Shown in pieces: positions 21,381 to 32,600 of a stretch of 64,000 nt of DNA. The number at the start of each line of letters is the position of its first letter. Position 1 is the first letter of the stretch. Below the pieces are notes generated by a model. The model ran no database searches and was not told the origin of the DNA. It worked only from the letters and a program-made list of their open reading frames with translations. Source of the stretch: an uncultured Gammaproteobacteria bacterium (GTDB lineage Bacteria > Patescibacteriota > Patescibacteriia > Magasanikbacterales > UBA922). The stretch covers positions 144,192-208,191 of the forward strand of contig CAYSXR010000001.1 in NCBI GenBank assembly GCA_964435035.1, given 5' to 3'. Position numbers and translations under genes: made by a program.

Positions 21381-21405
21381 GACCCTGTAAAAGGGGCTTT
21401 TTTTA
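21381..21405 (+). terminator. rho-independent terminator after pyk
   Basis: CCCTgtaaAAGGGG hairpin followed by CTTTTTTT. Confidence 0.55.
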
Positions 21406-21472
21406 TACACAAAATTGTTTAAAAATAACTGAAAAAGAGGTATACTATATCTGTGTTTGAAAACTATGACAC

Positions 21473-24400
21473 ATGACTAGATTAACATTTTATCGAAGAC
21501 TTTCAATTGTCTCAGGTTTAGTATTGGTATTACTAAACCATTTTGCGTTTGGTTTTTTGGGATTTTTTATTCCAGTCGCAAAGGCCGATGCGATAACATG
21601 GGTAGGTCCATCAACGGGTTATTGGGATAATCCAACAAATTGGAGTAGTGGCACTATACCAACTGCTTCAGATGAGGTGATAATCTCAGGGGACGACATG
21701 TTTATATTAGCAACATCAACTATTAATTTTGCTTCGCTTACTCTTGCGGGTCCTGATGTGCGTTTCAGTCTGTTGGGGGGTATTGGAACTGGAGGTGACC
21801 TTACGATCTCTGAGAGTTTGTTTATACAATCCACGTCAACACGTCAGACGATCAGTGGGACTTTAACAATTAATGATGGGGTGATGCAGCATCTACAAAA
21901 CACTTCAACAACGTTATATAAGCTTGATTTTGTGGCGGAAAATATTGTTATCGAGCCGGGCGGACATGTACGAGTGGATAATGAGGGTTCACCGGGAGGT
22001 GAAATAGGAGAAGACGGGTATGGAAATGGAGGGGGTGATGGAGATTCAAATATAAGTGCTGGTGCAGGTGGAAGCAATGCTGGGACCGGAGGATCGAGTA
22101 GTTCAGGAAACTATGGAGGGTTTTCAACCTGTACTTTTTCTGATGTTGGACCATCCTATGGCGGAAGTGGGGGAGGCGGAAGTGCTACCTCTACTGGAGG
22201 GGATGGGGGAGGATTTGTGCGTCTTGAAGCAAATAATACATTTACGATAAATGGACGTATTACCGCAGACGCTGATCATACTTCGGGGCAGACTGCAGGC
22301 GAAGGTGCGGGGGGTGGATCTGGAGGAACTATTTATCTAGTCGCTGATACGATTAGCGGAGTTCCAGAAGCTCCAATTTCTGCTCGTGGGGGAAATAGTT
22401 TTGATGCAAATGGAGGAGCTGGAGGTGGTGGGTGTGTCCGCTTACAATATACCACAACAAGTACCATCGATGGTGCAAATATTATTGTTGATGGTGGAGT
22501 TGGTTTTGAAAACGGTGGTGCTGGAGTTGCACTGGTAGAAAAAGAAGATCAGTCAATTCGAAAAATGTATGTAACTGCAACAACAACACTTAATTATGGA
22601 GTTGGACAGCTTTATAGCACTGCTGGTACAAATTTTATTTCCTTATCCGGCGCTGAGGAACTCACGACCTTGTCAGTCTCAACTTCTTCTGTATATATCA
22701 TTGGAGATTTTTTAGGTGCAAGTGAACTCACACTTACGGGGGCTACTCCATTTCAAGGCAGTAGTCCATCAGGTACCGTACGAATTCAGGGTGACGTAAA
22801 ATTAAAGCTGTCTTCAGGGGCAAGTATTGAGGATGTAACTCTGGAACTGTATCACGAAGATGTGTCTCGGCGTGCGCGTCTCGTAGATCGTGCTACAGAC
22901 GAATCAGCTACTCTTGATATTGTAATTGGTGACCAAGGGACGCTTCTTTTAAATAATTTCAATTCCACAACTCCCTTGATGGTTGAGACATTTACTGTTG
23001 CAGCCGGTGGAGTCGTGACTCATGAACAAAATAGTATCTCACCGGAACAAAGAGAAATGGTGAATATACAGGCTGAAAATATTACCATTGAGAGTGGTGG
23101 ATCTATTAATGTAGCTGGAAAAGGATACAGTGGGGGTAGAGGTTTAGGAGGTAGTGGCGATGGGCTTGGTGGTGGAGCCTATACGTCGAATGTAGGTGTA
23201 GGTGCGGGACATGGTGGAGATGGTACAGCAAATAATCTTGATGGCTCGTCTGCTGGAGCTGGTGGCACATCATATTGTGATGTTTCTAATCCTTCTACTA
23301 TTGGTTCAGGGGGAAGCTCAGGGTTGTTTAGTGGGAGCTTAGGGCGTAGAGGTGGAAATGGTGGGGGGATGGTATGGCTCGTAGCGACAAATACAATTAC
23401 GCTTGCAGGAGATATTTTTGCAGATGGCGAAAATGGGTCGTTTGACTCGTATGCAGGTGAAGAAACTTTTGAATCTATTTCCGGTGCAGGTTCAGGGGGG
23501 AGTGTAAAATTATTTGCTCCCACTATTGGAGGAGCAGGAGAAATTTTTGTAAGAGGTGGAAATAATGGGGTTGATCCAAGTCCGGCTCCTTCAGAATATG
23601 GCGGAGGCGGAGGCGGATGTGTATTGATAAACTATACGTATGACAATTCAGTTGTCACATCAAGTATATATATTACTGGAGGTGGACTTGATGCTGGGGT
23701 CGCAGAAGATGGACAATTGAGTATTGTGGAAGAAAATGAAGTTCCTGAGTTGTTTTTGAATTTTCATAAACCGGAATTTGTAGCTCGAGTTACAAGTACT
23801 ATTATTGATGGAGCTGGTGACCTGGCAGTTTCGGGCGATTATGCATATGTGGGAGGATTGATGGGTTCGAGTTTTGCGATTATCAATATCTCTAGTACTA
23901 CCAATCCGGCCGTAGTAGGAACCATAGAAACTACATCTGATTTGGCAGGTATATATGGAGTCGAGGTTTCGGGTAATTATGCGTATGTTGTTAATAGTTT
24001 TGACAATAGTTTTCGAGTGATCGATATTTCTAGTAGTACCAACCCGACTATTGTTGCAGGGATAGAGTTCGATACACCGATTCCAGAATTAATGAGCATT
24101 GCAGTATTAGGGAATTATGCTTATGTGATAGTAGGAGAAGATGGATACAGTTCACTCCGTGTGATAAATATTTCAAATCCGCTTTCTCCAACAGTAGTCG
24201 GGAGTATCATTAATGATTCTGACTTAGATTTTCTGAGTGATATTGTAGTTTCTGGAAGTTATGCATATGTTTCAACATTAGCAGCACAGTTTTCAATTAT
24301 TAATATCTCAAATCCAAGTTCGCCTGCCGTGGTAGGAAGTGTGCATGATACAACAATCCTTGATAATTCATTTGGTGTCGCAGTATCAGGAAATTACGCG

Positions 24401-27400
24401 TATGTAACTTCAGATGATAATAGTTCTGTTGCAGTTATTGATATTTCTGATCCAGAGAATCCGGATATAGTGAAAGTGGTGACTGGTGGTGAGTCGATAG
24501 TTGATAGTCTTCGGATGATTGTGATTGAGGGAGATTATGCGTATGTGGGAATGATTAGCCCTAATCCAGGAATTGGGATAATTGATATTACAAATCCACT
24601 CACTGCTAATTTTGTAGGGTATATTTTAGATCCAGATTTACTCACTACGCCAGCTAGAATGCAGGTAGCAGAGGGGGTGGTGTATATGACAGATTTTTCT
24701 GAGGATTCATTGAATATATTTAATGTATCACTGCCTTATTCGGTAAATCCTATTGTTCCATTTGATATTTCAGATGGTGATCGAGAAACACTCTCGGTGA
24801 AGGCAGAGTTTGTTCCTGGATCATGCGCGTACAGTGGTACGACATATGCAACGTTTGTTACCTCGACCGCAACATCAACCTATGGGGTTGCAATAGATAA
24901 TTCTGCAGTTGATAATCGAAGAATTAAAGATATTATCATTGACCCAGTTTCTGATTTTCCAATTACACAAGTAACCACCACATGGCACACCTCAGTAGAT
25001 ATTCCCGGTGATGAAGGGGAATATTGTATGTTTATGACTCCTTATGACGGTGAAGATGAAGGAATACGTGTAGCGGGTACGCTATTTGTCGATGATCCAT
25101 TACTCGCCCCAAACGCCCCTTCTCTCTCTGCCACCAAAACTCAAACCTCGATTACGCTTTCTTGGCCTGTGGCAAATGGGGCTAATCATTATGTGATTGT
25201 ATCAAGTATTTCGGGTATTCCTACAGAAACAGATGAAACTTCGGTGACTTACGCGGGTTTGGTAGCAGGGAATGAATATACTTTTCAGGTTAAATCGGTG
25301 GATAATTATGGTAATGAAAGTGCGTATTCAGAAGTATTTCCTGTTACTACTGTTGCACTAGGATCCTCTCCTCAACCCAGTGCACCCCCTCCTCCGTCAG
25401 ACACCACTCCTTCATCAACGACGACTTCAACGGTCTCGAATCCTTCTAGTCTCATTGTTATTAATAGTGGAGCATACTATACCAAATCACGAGAAGTGAA
25501 CGTGTTATTTAATACTGATTTTACGTCGGCGTATATGCTCGCAGACACTTTTGATTTTTCAGGAAAGATATACAAACCAATCGTTTCCTCAACAACCTAC
25601 ATACTCACTCCAGGAGACGGGGAAAAAAGAATTTATGCTCGTTTTAGTAATAATTATGGTATTTATGATGCGTATGATGTGATTGTGCTTGATACCGTGC
25701 CACCGAGCCAACCTACTATTAATGCAATTAGTTCTCCTGATTTTGTTCTAAAAACTGAAGGAGTGTATGGGCGAAAGAATACGAGTAGTACTGTGCGCAT
25801 CAAACCAACACTTGGAGGTACTGCTGAGCCAGGAAAACGAATTATGATCACTGTCTCCTATGGAGGAACAAATATGGTGATGATGATGTTAGCTGCAGTA
25901 GAAACATACTACACCACTGCAGACAGTAATGGAAATTGGTCGTTTACGTTTCCGAACGAACTTCAAAATACGTATTATACTATTTCGGTACAAACACAAG
26001 ATGAAGCAGAAAATAACTCAAGTGCAGTAGAAATAGAGCTTGACTTACGTAGTCTGGAGACTCTTCCTTGTACTATAAATTGTGAACCATTAGACGAACC
26101 TCCTCTAGAGGAGCCCCCTGAAGATCTGCTGCCAGTCGAAGAGCCATTAGACGAACTTCCTCCTATTGAAACAGCTGAAGAGATTCCTTCCTGTACGATT
26201 GATTGTGGGGGAGAAGAATCTTCACCTGTAGATACGGGAGGAGAGAGTTCAGGTACTGAAGAAGAAAATACAACTGATGCTACGAGTGGAGGTGATACAG
26301 AGGGTAATGTAGACAATAGTTCAAATGAACCAATAGGCGAGCAAGTTATTTCGAGTATTACTGATTCAGTGTCTATTATTTCAGATACAATTGAAACTTT
26401 TTTTACTGAAGTTGGTAACTTATTACAAGAGATACCTATGGTGCGGGGGATAGTAGAAACTGCATCAGTTGCAGTTGAAAAAACGAGAGAAGTTATTGAT
26501 AATCCAACAATTGAAAAAAGTAATGAAGTAATTGCTGCCCCTATAATCGCTGTAGCTGCAGCAGCAAACGTCGCAGTTGGCGGGGCAGGTCTTCTATCAC
26601 AAGCCATGTTGTATCTTCGTCTTATTTTCTCTCAGCCACTACTTTTACTTAAATTGAGAAAGCGTAAAAGGTGGGGTGTGGTATTCAATGCATACACCAA
26701 ATTACCACTTGATTTAGCAACGGTTCGTCTAGTAAATGGAAAAAGTGATTCAATTATAAGAACACAAGTGACTGATGCAAAAGGTAGATATTTTATGGTT
26801 GCTGAAAATGGTGTATATCGACTTGAAGCAAAAAAGGATGGGTTTGGAACTAATGTTAACGTGACTACGGAGGATTCAGCGTTTCCAAATGTGTACCATG
26901 GAGAAGAGTTGGAATTAGCAGAGGAATCGAATAATCTTAATTACAATATCCCACTCGAACCTATCGTAGAAGAAAAATCAAATACGCACGTGCTCCGAGA
27001 ATATGCGAGGAAAGCTACTCATAAAACGGTTAGTTTGATCGGAGCGGTGGCAACCATTGTTTCGCTGATTATTTCTCCGAAGCCATGGATCACTGCATTG
27101 CTTGTATTCCATATTGTCCTGTATAGCCTCATGAGGCGCCTTGCTCATAAAAAGATCAAAGGAACCTTTGGTTTAGTTACTGATAAAAAAACAGGTAAAG
27201 AGATTGGTAAAGTGGTAATCCGTGTTTTTGATGCAGCGTACAATAAGCTAGTTGAAACCGGAGTTACAGATTCAAAAGGTAGGTATGCAATTCTGGTAGG
27301 TCCAAGTATCTACTATATTACTGCAGAAAAAGAAGGTTTTATTACCTATCAATCACCAACGATAGATTTTTCAAGTGAGAAGACGGATGGTCTCGGAGGT

Positions 27401-27466
27401 GTAATTTCTGAGTCATGTAGTTTAAAACCCATTGATTTTCATGAGAAAAATGGCGACACGCTTTGA
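21473..27466 (+). CDS. giant cell-surface protein (1997 aa): beta-helix/Gly-rich region, LVIVD-type beta-propeller repeats, FN3 domain, Pro-rich linker, C-terminal two-TM anchor with two CarboxypepD_reg-like domains
   Basis: N-terminal hydrophobic signal/anchor; about 12 repeats of (V/I)SGNYAYV...FxIINIS..P (LVIVD-like); FN3-like SITLSWPVANGANHYVI...EYTFQVKSVDNYGNES; C-terminal module shared with the next gene. Confidence 0.7.
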   Translation: MTRLTFYRRLSIVSGLVLVLLNHFAFGFLGFFIPVAKADAITWVGPSTGYWDNPTNWSSGTIPTASDEVIISGDDMFILATSTINFASLTLAGPDVRFSLLGGIGTGGDLTISESLFIQSTSTRQTISGTLTINDGVMQHLQNTSTTLYKLDFVAENIVIEPGGHVRVDNEGSPGGEIGEDGYGNGGGDGDSNISAGAGGSNAGTGGSSSSGNYGGFSTCTFSDVGPSYGGSGGGGSATSTGGDGGGFVRLEANNTFTINGRITADADHTSGQTAGEGAGGGSGGTIYLVADTISGVPEAPISARGGNSFDANGGAGGGGCVRLQYTTTSTIDGANIIVDGGVGFENGGAGVALVEKEDQSIRKMYVTATTTLNYGVGQLYSTAGTNFISLSGAEELTTLSVSTSSVYIIGDFLGASELTLTGATPFQGSSPSGTVRIQGDVKLKLSSGASIEDVTLELYHEDVSRRARLVDRATDESATLDIVIGDQGTLLLNNFNSTTPLMVETFTVAAGGVVTHEQNSISPEQREMVNIQAENITIESGGSINVAGKGYSGGRGLGGSGDGLGGGAYTSNVGVGAGHGGDGTANNLDGSSAGAGGTSYCDVSNPSTIGSGGSSGLFSGSLGRRGGNGGGMVWLVATNTITLAGDIFADGENGSFDSYAGEETFESISGAGSGGSVKLFAPTIGGAGEIFVRGGNNGVDPSPAPSEYGGGGGGCVLINYTYDNSVVTSSIYITGGGLDAGVAEDGQLSIVEENEVPELFLNFHKPEFVARVTSTIIDGAGDLAVSGDYAYVGGLMGSSFAIINISSTTNPAVVGTIETTSDLAGIYGVEVSGNYAYVVNSFDNSFRVIDISSSTNPTIVAGIEFDTPIPELMSIAVLGNYAYVIVGEDGYSSLRVINISNPLSPTVVGSIINDSDLDFLSDIVVSGSYAYVSTLAAQFSIINISNPSSPAVVGSVHDTTILDNSFGVAVSGNYAYVTSDDNSSVAVIDISDPENPDIVKVVTGGESIVDSLRMIVIEGDYAYVGMISPNPGIGIIDITNPLTANFVGYILDPDLLTTPARMQVAEGVVYMTDFSEDSLNIFNVSLPYSVNPIVPFDISDGDRETLSVKAEFVPGSCAYSGTTYATFVTSTATSTYGVAIDNSAVDNRRIKDIIIDPVSDFPITQVTTTWHTSVDIPGDEGEYCMFMTPYDGEDEGIRVAGTLFVDDPLLAPNAPSLSATKTQTSITLSWPVANGANHYVIVSSISGIPTETDETSVTYAGLVAGNEYTFQVKSVDNYGNESAYSEVFPVTTVALGSSPQPSAPPPPSDTTPSSTTTSTVSNPSSLIVINSGAYYTKSREVNVLFNTDFTSAYMLADTFDFSGKIYKPIVSSTTYILTPGDGEKRIYARFSNNYGIYDAYDVIVLDTVPPSQPTINAISSPDFVLKTEGVYGRKNTSSTVRIKPTLGGTAEPGKRIMITVSYGGTNMVMMMLAAVETYYTTADSNGNWSFTFPNELQNTYYTISVQTQDEAENNSSAVEIELDLRSLETLPCTINCEPLDEPPLEEPPEDLLPVEEPLDELPPIETAEEIPSCTIDCGGEESSPVDTGGESSGTEEENTTDATSGGDTEGNVDNSSNEPIGEQVISSITDSVSIISDTIETFFTEVGNLLQEIPMVRGIVETASVAVEKTREVIDNPTIEKSNEVIAAPIIAVAAAANVAVGGAGLLSQAMLYLRLIFSQPLLLLKLRKRKRWGVVFNAYTKLPLDLATVRLVNGKSDSIIRTQVTDAKGRYFMVAENGVYRLEAKKDGFGTNVNVTTEDSAFPNVYHGEELELAEESNNLNYNIPLEPIVEEKSNTHVLREYARKATHKTVSLIGAVATIVSLIISPKPWITALLVFHIVLYSLMRRLAHKKIKGTFGLVTDKKTGKEIGKVVIRVFDAAYNKLVETGVTDSKGRYAILVGPSIYYITAEKEGFITYQSPTIDFSSEKTDGLGGVISESCSLKPIDFHEKNGDTL

Positions 27467-27627
27467 ATATAATTACCGAAGAAGTAGAAAAGATTGTGTG
27501 ATGTAGTTAGTATGGTCTATTCACAAGAATATATGGGAAGTATTGATTAGTAGCTGGTGTGAATGTTTAAAAGTCGATTTATTAGTAGAATAAACGTATA
27601 CTTATTAGGGTAATCTATTATTACAAC

Positions 27628-29610
27628 ATGAGTAGTTTGATTAAAAAAATAATTTTCGCAGCTTTTCTTCTGTGGCTTGTGCCTTCAGTAATTTTTGCTT
27701 CAGATAGTAATGGTACAATCAATACAAGTCATAAATATGGATGGGGAGAAAACTTGGGTTGGATTAATTTTGCCCCAACTGATGGGTCGAGTAATTATCA
27801 CGGGCTTACCATTACTGATTCTGCTGTTACTGGCTATGCATGGTCAGAAGCCTATGGCTGGATTAATTTTGCTCCAAGTAATGGCGGAGTAACTAATAGC
27901 TGTACCGGACAACTTGGTGGTTGGGCATGGTCTACACAATTGGGCTGGATTTCCATGAGCGGAGTAACAATTGGATCGACCGGAGAATTTAATGGTGTAT
28001 CAGGTGGAACAACGCTTCCTTCGGGTAGAATTACCTTTGATTGTGATAATTGTGATGTGCGTACTGATTGGATTCCTTGCGCTGAGCGTGAAGAAGAAGG
28101 TGGTGGAGGCCCTCCGCCCACCTGTTCCAATGGCGCGTCAGATTATCCAACCTGTACACCACCCACTCCACCAACCTGTTCTAATGGTGCTTCGGATTAT
28201 CCTACCTGCACACCTCCTCCAGATCCCACCTGTTCCAATGGCGCATCAGATTATCCAACCTGTACACCACCCACTCCACCTCCAGATCCAGTCTGCTCTA
28301 ATGGCGCATCAGACTACCCAACTTGTACGCAGCCACCAGATCCCACCTGTTCCAATGGTGCATCAGACTACCCAGCTTGTACTGCCTCTACCGATGGGGG
28401 TGATGGAGGTACCGGAGAGGGTGATGGAGGTGCTAGTGATGGGGGAGAAAGTGAAGGGGCGGGGAGTAGTGGAGGCGGAGGTGGTGGTGTTGCCACAGAA
28501 ATAATTTCAAATATTACTGATTCAGTTGGGGTAGTGGCTGATGCAACAGTAGCTGTTTTGCAAGATGTAGCAGAAGTGCTGGTTACTATTCCCGGAGTAC
28601 AAACTGTAGTTAATGCGGCCCAAGTTGCTATAGAAAGAACAGAAAAAGTTATTAATAATCCTACGGTTGAAAAAATAGATGAAGCAGTTTCAACTCCAGT
28701 GCTCACAGCAACAGCTGTAGTAAACGTAGTAGTAGGTGGTGCAACATTATTTTCGCAGATTTTAATATTTCTCCGTTTATTGTTTTTGCAGCCCTTACTA
28801 TTATTATTCAAACGTCATAAACAAAAAACATGGGGAACGGTTTTCAATAGTCATACAAAGCAACCTCTTGATTTGGCAATGGTGCGTCTGGTGCATGGAG
28901 AAAATGACACAATTGTACGCACCCAGGTGACTGATGCCCAGGGTCGTTATTTTATGGCTGCAGGAAGTGGTACGTATATTTTGAAGACTACTAAAGAAGG
29001 TTTTGGTCCACATAGTGGAACGCAAGCTGAAGATTCGGTATATCCAAATTTGTATCGTGGAGAAAAATTGGAATTAGTGGACAGAGAAAGTGAACTTAAT
29101 TACAACATCCCGCTTGAACCAGTGTATGAGGCAAAGAGTACTGCTGATATAATCAAAGAATATTCGAGAAAAACATTCCAAAAAACGTTGAGTTTGATTG
29201 GTGCAATTGCAACGGTGGCATCACTGATTATTTCTCCAAACATTTGGATGGCTGCTCTTTTGGTAGTACATCTGCTTATCTATGTGGTCATGAAACGGTT
29301 TGCACAAAAAAAAGTAAAAGGTGATCGTGGAATAGTAGTGGATAGTAAAACTAAAAAACCAATGAAGAAGGTGGTGATCCGTGTGTTTGATAATGCATAC
29401 AATAAATTGGTGGACACTGCAATTACTGATAACAATGGGTGTTATGCGGTTCTAGTGGGTCCTAGTACTTATTATATTACTGCAGAAAAAGAAGGGTATG
29501 CTCCATATCAGTCTGATACGATTGATCTAACGAGTAAAAAGACTAATGGAATTGGAGGTGTTATTACAGAAAACTTCTCTTTGATGTCAGTTGATGAAAA
29601 GAAAAAGTAA
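27628..29610 (+). CDS. cell-surface protein paralog (660 aa) with Trp-rich GWINFAP repeats, PTCSNGASDYPTCTPP tandem repeats and the same C-terminal anchor module
   Basis: signal peptide; C-terminal ~370 aa alignable by eye to the C-terminus of 21473..27466 (e.g. GTVFNSHTKQPLDLAMVRLVHGENDTIVRTQVTDAQGRYFM vs GVVFNAYTKLPLDLATVRLVNGKSDSIIRTQVTDAKGRYFM). Confidence 0.7.
   Translation: MSSLIKKIIFAAFLLWLVPSVIFASDSNGTINTSHKYGWGENLGWINFAPTDGSSNYHGLTITDSAVTGYAWSEAYGWINFAPSNGGVTNSCTGQLGGWAWSTQLGWISMSGVTIGSTGEFNGVSGGTTLPSGRITFDCDNCDVRTDWIPCAEREEEGGGGPPPTCSNGASDYPTCTPPTPPTCSNGASDYPTCTPPPDPTCSNGASDYPTCTPPTPPPDPVCSNGASDYPTCTQPPDPTCSNGASDYPACTASTDGGDGGTGEGDGGASDGGESEGAGSSGGGGGGVATEIISNITDSVGVVADATVAVLQDVAEVLVTIPGVQTVVNAAQVAIERTEKVINNPTVEKIDEAVSTPVLTATAVVNVVVGGATLFSQILIFLRLLFLQPLLLLFKRHKQKTWGTVFNSHTKQPLDLAMVRLVHGENDTIVRTQVTDAQGRYFMAAGSGTYILKTTKEGFGPHSGTQAEDSVYPNLYRGEKLELVDRESELNYNIPLEPVYEAKSTADIIKEYSRKTFQKTLSLIGAIATVASLIISPNIWMAALLVVHLLIYVVMKRFAQKKVKGDRGIVVDSKTKKPMKKVVIRVFDNAYNKLVDTAITDNNGCYAVLVGPSTYYITAEKEGYAPYQSDTIDLTSKKTNGIGGVITENFSLMSVDEKKK
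28117..28385 (+). repeat. coding tandem repeat, 5 units of 54-63 bp (PTCSNGASDYPTCTPP(T/P)P..)
   Basis: near-identical units cctgttccaatggcgcgtcagattatccaacctgtacaccacc... repeated head-to-tail inside CDS 27628..29610. Confidence 0.8.
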
Positions 29611-29664
29611 TAAACAGGTATATATTTTTGAAAAAAACTGAAATATGATATACTACTTGCATCT

Positions 29665-32600
29665 ATGAAATTGAGTATAAAAAAAGGTAAAAATAAAAAA
29701 AATAGTGCACGAGAATCCGCACATATTTTGTGGTTTGAAGAAATTGGAATTACTGATATTCCATTGGTTGGTGGAAAAAATGCGTCATTGGGGGAAATGT
29801 ATACTGGACTCAGATCAAAAAATATTGCAGTTCCGAATGGTTTTGCAATTACCGCAAAAGCGTATTGGGATTTTTTCGAAGCTCATGGATTAAATAAGAT
29901 AATCAAGAAAGAAATTAAAGGATTGAATGTACTTAAAATTAAAGATTTGAATCGAGTGGGAAAAAAGATACGATCACTCATTATTAACGCAAAATTTCCT
30001 GACGATTTACAAAAAGAAATTATTGAAGCGTACGAATCACTTAAAAAACAAGAAGGAGTAACTCATCTTTCAGTAGCGGTGCGATCGAGTGCAACTGCAG
30101 AAGATTTACCTGATGCAAGCTTTGCGGGTCAGCAAGAAACATATTTGAATATCGAAGGCCATGATGAATTATTGATTGCGGTAAAAAAATGTATTGCATC
30201 TCTATTCACTGATCGTGCGATTTCTTATCGTGAAACCAAAGGATTTGATCACATGGCAGTTGCTCTCTCGGTGACCGTGCAGACTATGGTTCGGTCAGAT
30301 GTGGGAGTCTCAGGAGTAATGTTCACGATTGATACTGAATCTGGTTTCCCTGGAGTAGTGCTTATTAATGCGTCATACGGGTTGGGTGAATATGTAGTCA
30401 AAGGTCAGGTAACTCCGGATCAGTTTTATGTGTTTAAAGAAGGTGTAAGAAAAGGGAAATCAGCAATTATCAGTAGAATCTTTGGTTCAAAAGAAGTGAA
30501 GTTGGTATATGGAAAACGCCTCACTACTCAAAATATTGTTCCGGCTGCTGATCGTCATAGATTGTGTATTTCAGATGAAGATGTGCTCACTCTTGCAAAA
30601 TGGGGGATGGAGATTGAGAAATTTTATAATAAAGCCCAAGATATTGAATGGGCAAAAGATGGTGTTACTGGGAAATTATATATCGTTCAGGCACGACCTG
30701 AAACAGTTCAGTCCCAAGCAAATCATGCGGTTATTGAGTCGTACGAGCTGAAAGAAAAAGGAAAATTAATTGCTCGCGGTATCTCAATTGGACAAAAAAT
30801 TGGGGCAGGTGTCGCGCGTATTATCAATGATCCTCGAGACATGAAGCTGTTTAAAAAAGGTGAAGTATTGGTAACCCGTATCACTGATCCTGATTGGGAG
30901 CCGATTATGCGTCTTGCGAGTGCAATTGTAACTGAACAAGGAGGAAAAACAAGTCATGCAGCAATTGTATCTCGTGAATTGGGAGTCCCTTGTGTAGTGG
31001 GTACCAAACAAGCACGTGCACTGATCAAAACAGGAGTAAAAGTAACGGTTTCGTGTGCTGAAAGCGAAGAGGGGCATGTGTATAAAGGCATGCTTCCGTT
31101 TGAAGTAAAAAAAACCACAATTACTGATATTGCAAAGACCAAGACTAAAATCATGATGAATGTGGGAGATCCGGATCATGCATTTGCATTATCATATTTA
31201 CCAAACGATGGAGTAGGACTTGCGCGCGAAGAATTTATATTTTCTAATTTTATTAGAATTCATCCACAAGCTCTCCTTAATTTTGACAAACTTAAAGATA
31301 AAAAAGCAAAAAAGAAAATTTCTGAATTAACTGTCGGGTACAAAGATAAACGCCAGTACGGAGTGGATAAACTCGCCGATGGTATTGCACGTATTGCTGC
31401 TGCATTCTACCCTCGCGATGTCATTGTACGTCTGTCTGATTTCAAAACCAATGAATACGCCACCTTGATTGGGGGGCTCGAATTTGAACCTAAAGAAGAA
31501 AATCCAATGATTGGTTGGCGTGGAGCTTCTCGGTATTATTCAGAGGAATATAAGACTGCATTTGGTATCGAGTGTGAAGCATTGAAAAAAGTTCGAAGCG
31601 ATTGGGGACTCAATAATGTAATTGTCATGGTGCCATTTTGTCGTACTCCAGAAGAAGGGAAGAATGTATTGAAAACCATGGCGGATTTTGGACTCAAACA
31701 AGGTGAAGATAAATTACAGGTCTATGTCATGTGTGAAATCCCATCAAACGTCATACTTGCAGAAGAATTCGCGAAAATTTTTGATGGATTCAGTATCGGA
31801 TCTAATGATTTAACGCAGTTGACGCTTGGGGTAGATCGTGATTCTGCATTAGTAAGCCATGTGTATGATGAGAAGAATAGTGCGGTAATGACACTGATCA
31901 AGCAGGTGATCAGAGTAGCTCATAAACATAAACGAAAAATTGGAATTTGTGGCCAAGCGCCAAGTGATTATCCAGAGTTTGCTGAATTTCTTGTGCGTGA
32001 AGGAATCGATAGCATCTCACTCAATCCAGATACGGTATTAGCAACACGCGCACGCATTGCAAAGACAGAAAAGAAAGTAGGTATGCGTGGCGGTACCACG
32101 AATCATAAATTTTTGACACTAGTATTTCTACTTGGGGTTTGCTCAGCAAGTATGATACTTCTTGGTGGTGGTTGCGGTGCAATCAAATCTGACAATTCGG
32201 TAAATACAATTACAACAGAATTAAGTCCGGCGCAAGTGAGAGCACAGTTTGAAGCGCGTGCATTGAGTGAGGCAGAAGAGCGTATTGAATCGAAACGAAG
32301 CACAATGACTATCTCCTCGCTAGGGTCATTTAAAGTTTCGTATCCACAAACGTGGGCAGTTGAAGAGCTTTCGAGTGTGCCAGGATATATGTTTTCAAAA
32401 CCTGAATCAAAAGCGCAGGTCGTAGTGGTAAAACAGAAAAAGTCTTCGACTACTGTGTCAGATGGTACTTCCTCCGTAGAGACTGCCGATACAGGTTTGT
32501 CTGCTGGAACAGTTGATAAGAATACTGCAAGCTCATACATCATAGTTGGTGAAAATACGCTAGAAGTCGAATATCGAAAAACTGAAGAGGGAACTGTTCT

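Noticed and set aside
28117-28385. CRISPR-like regular repeats
   Set aside because: Repeats are in-frame coding units of a surface protein with no unique spacers. No cas genes or leader are present.
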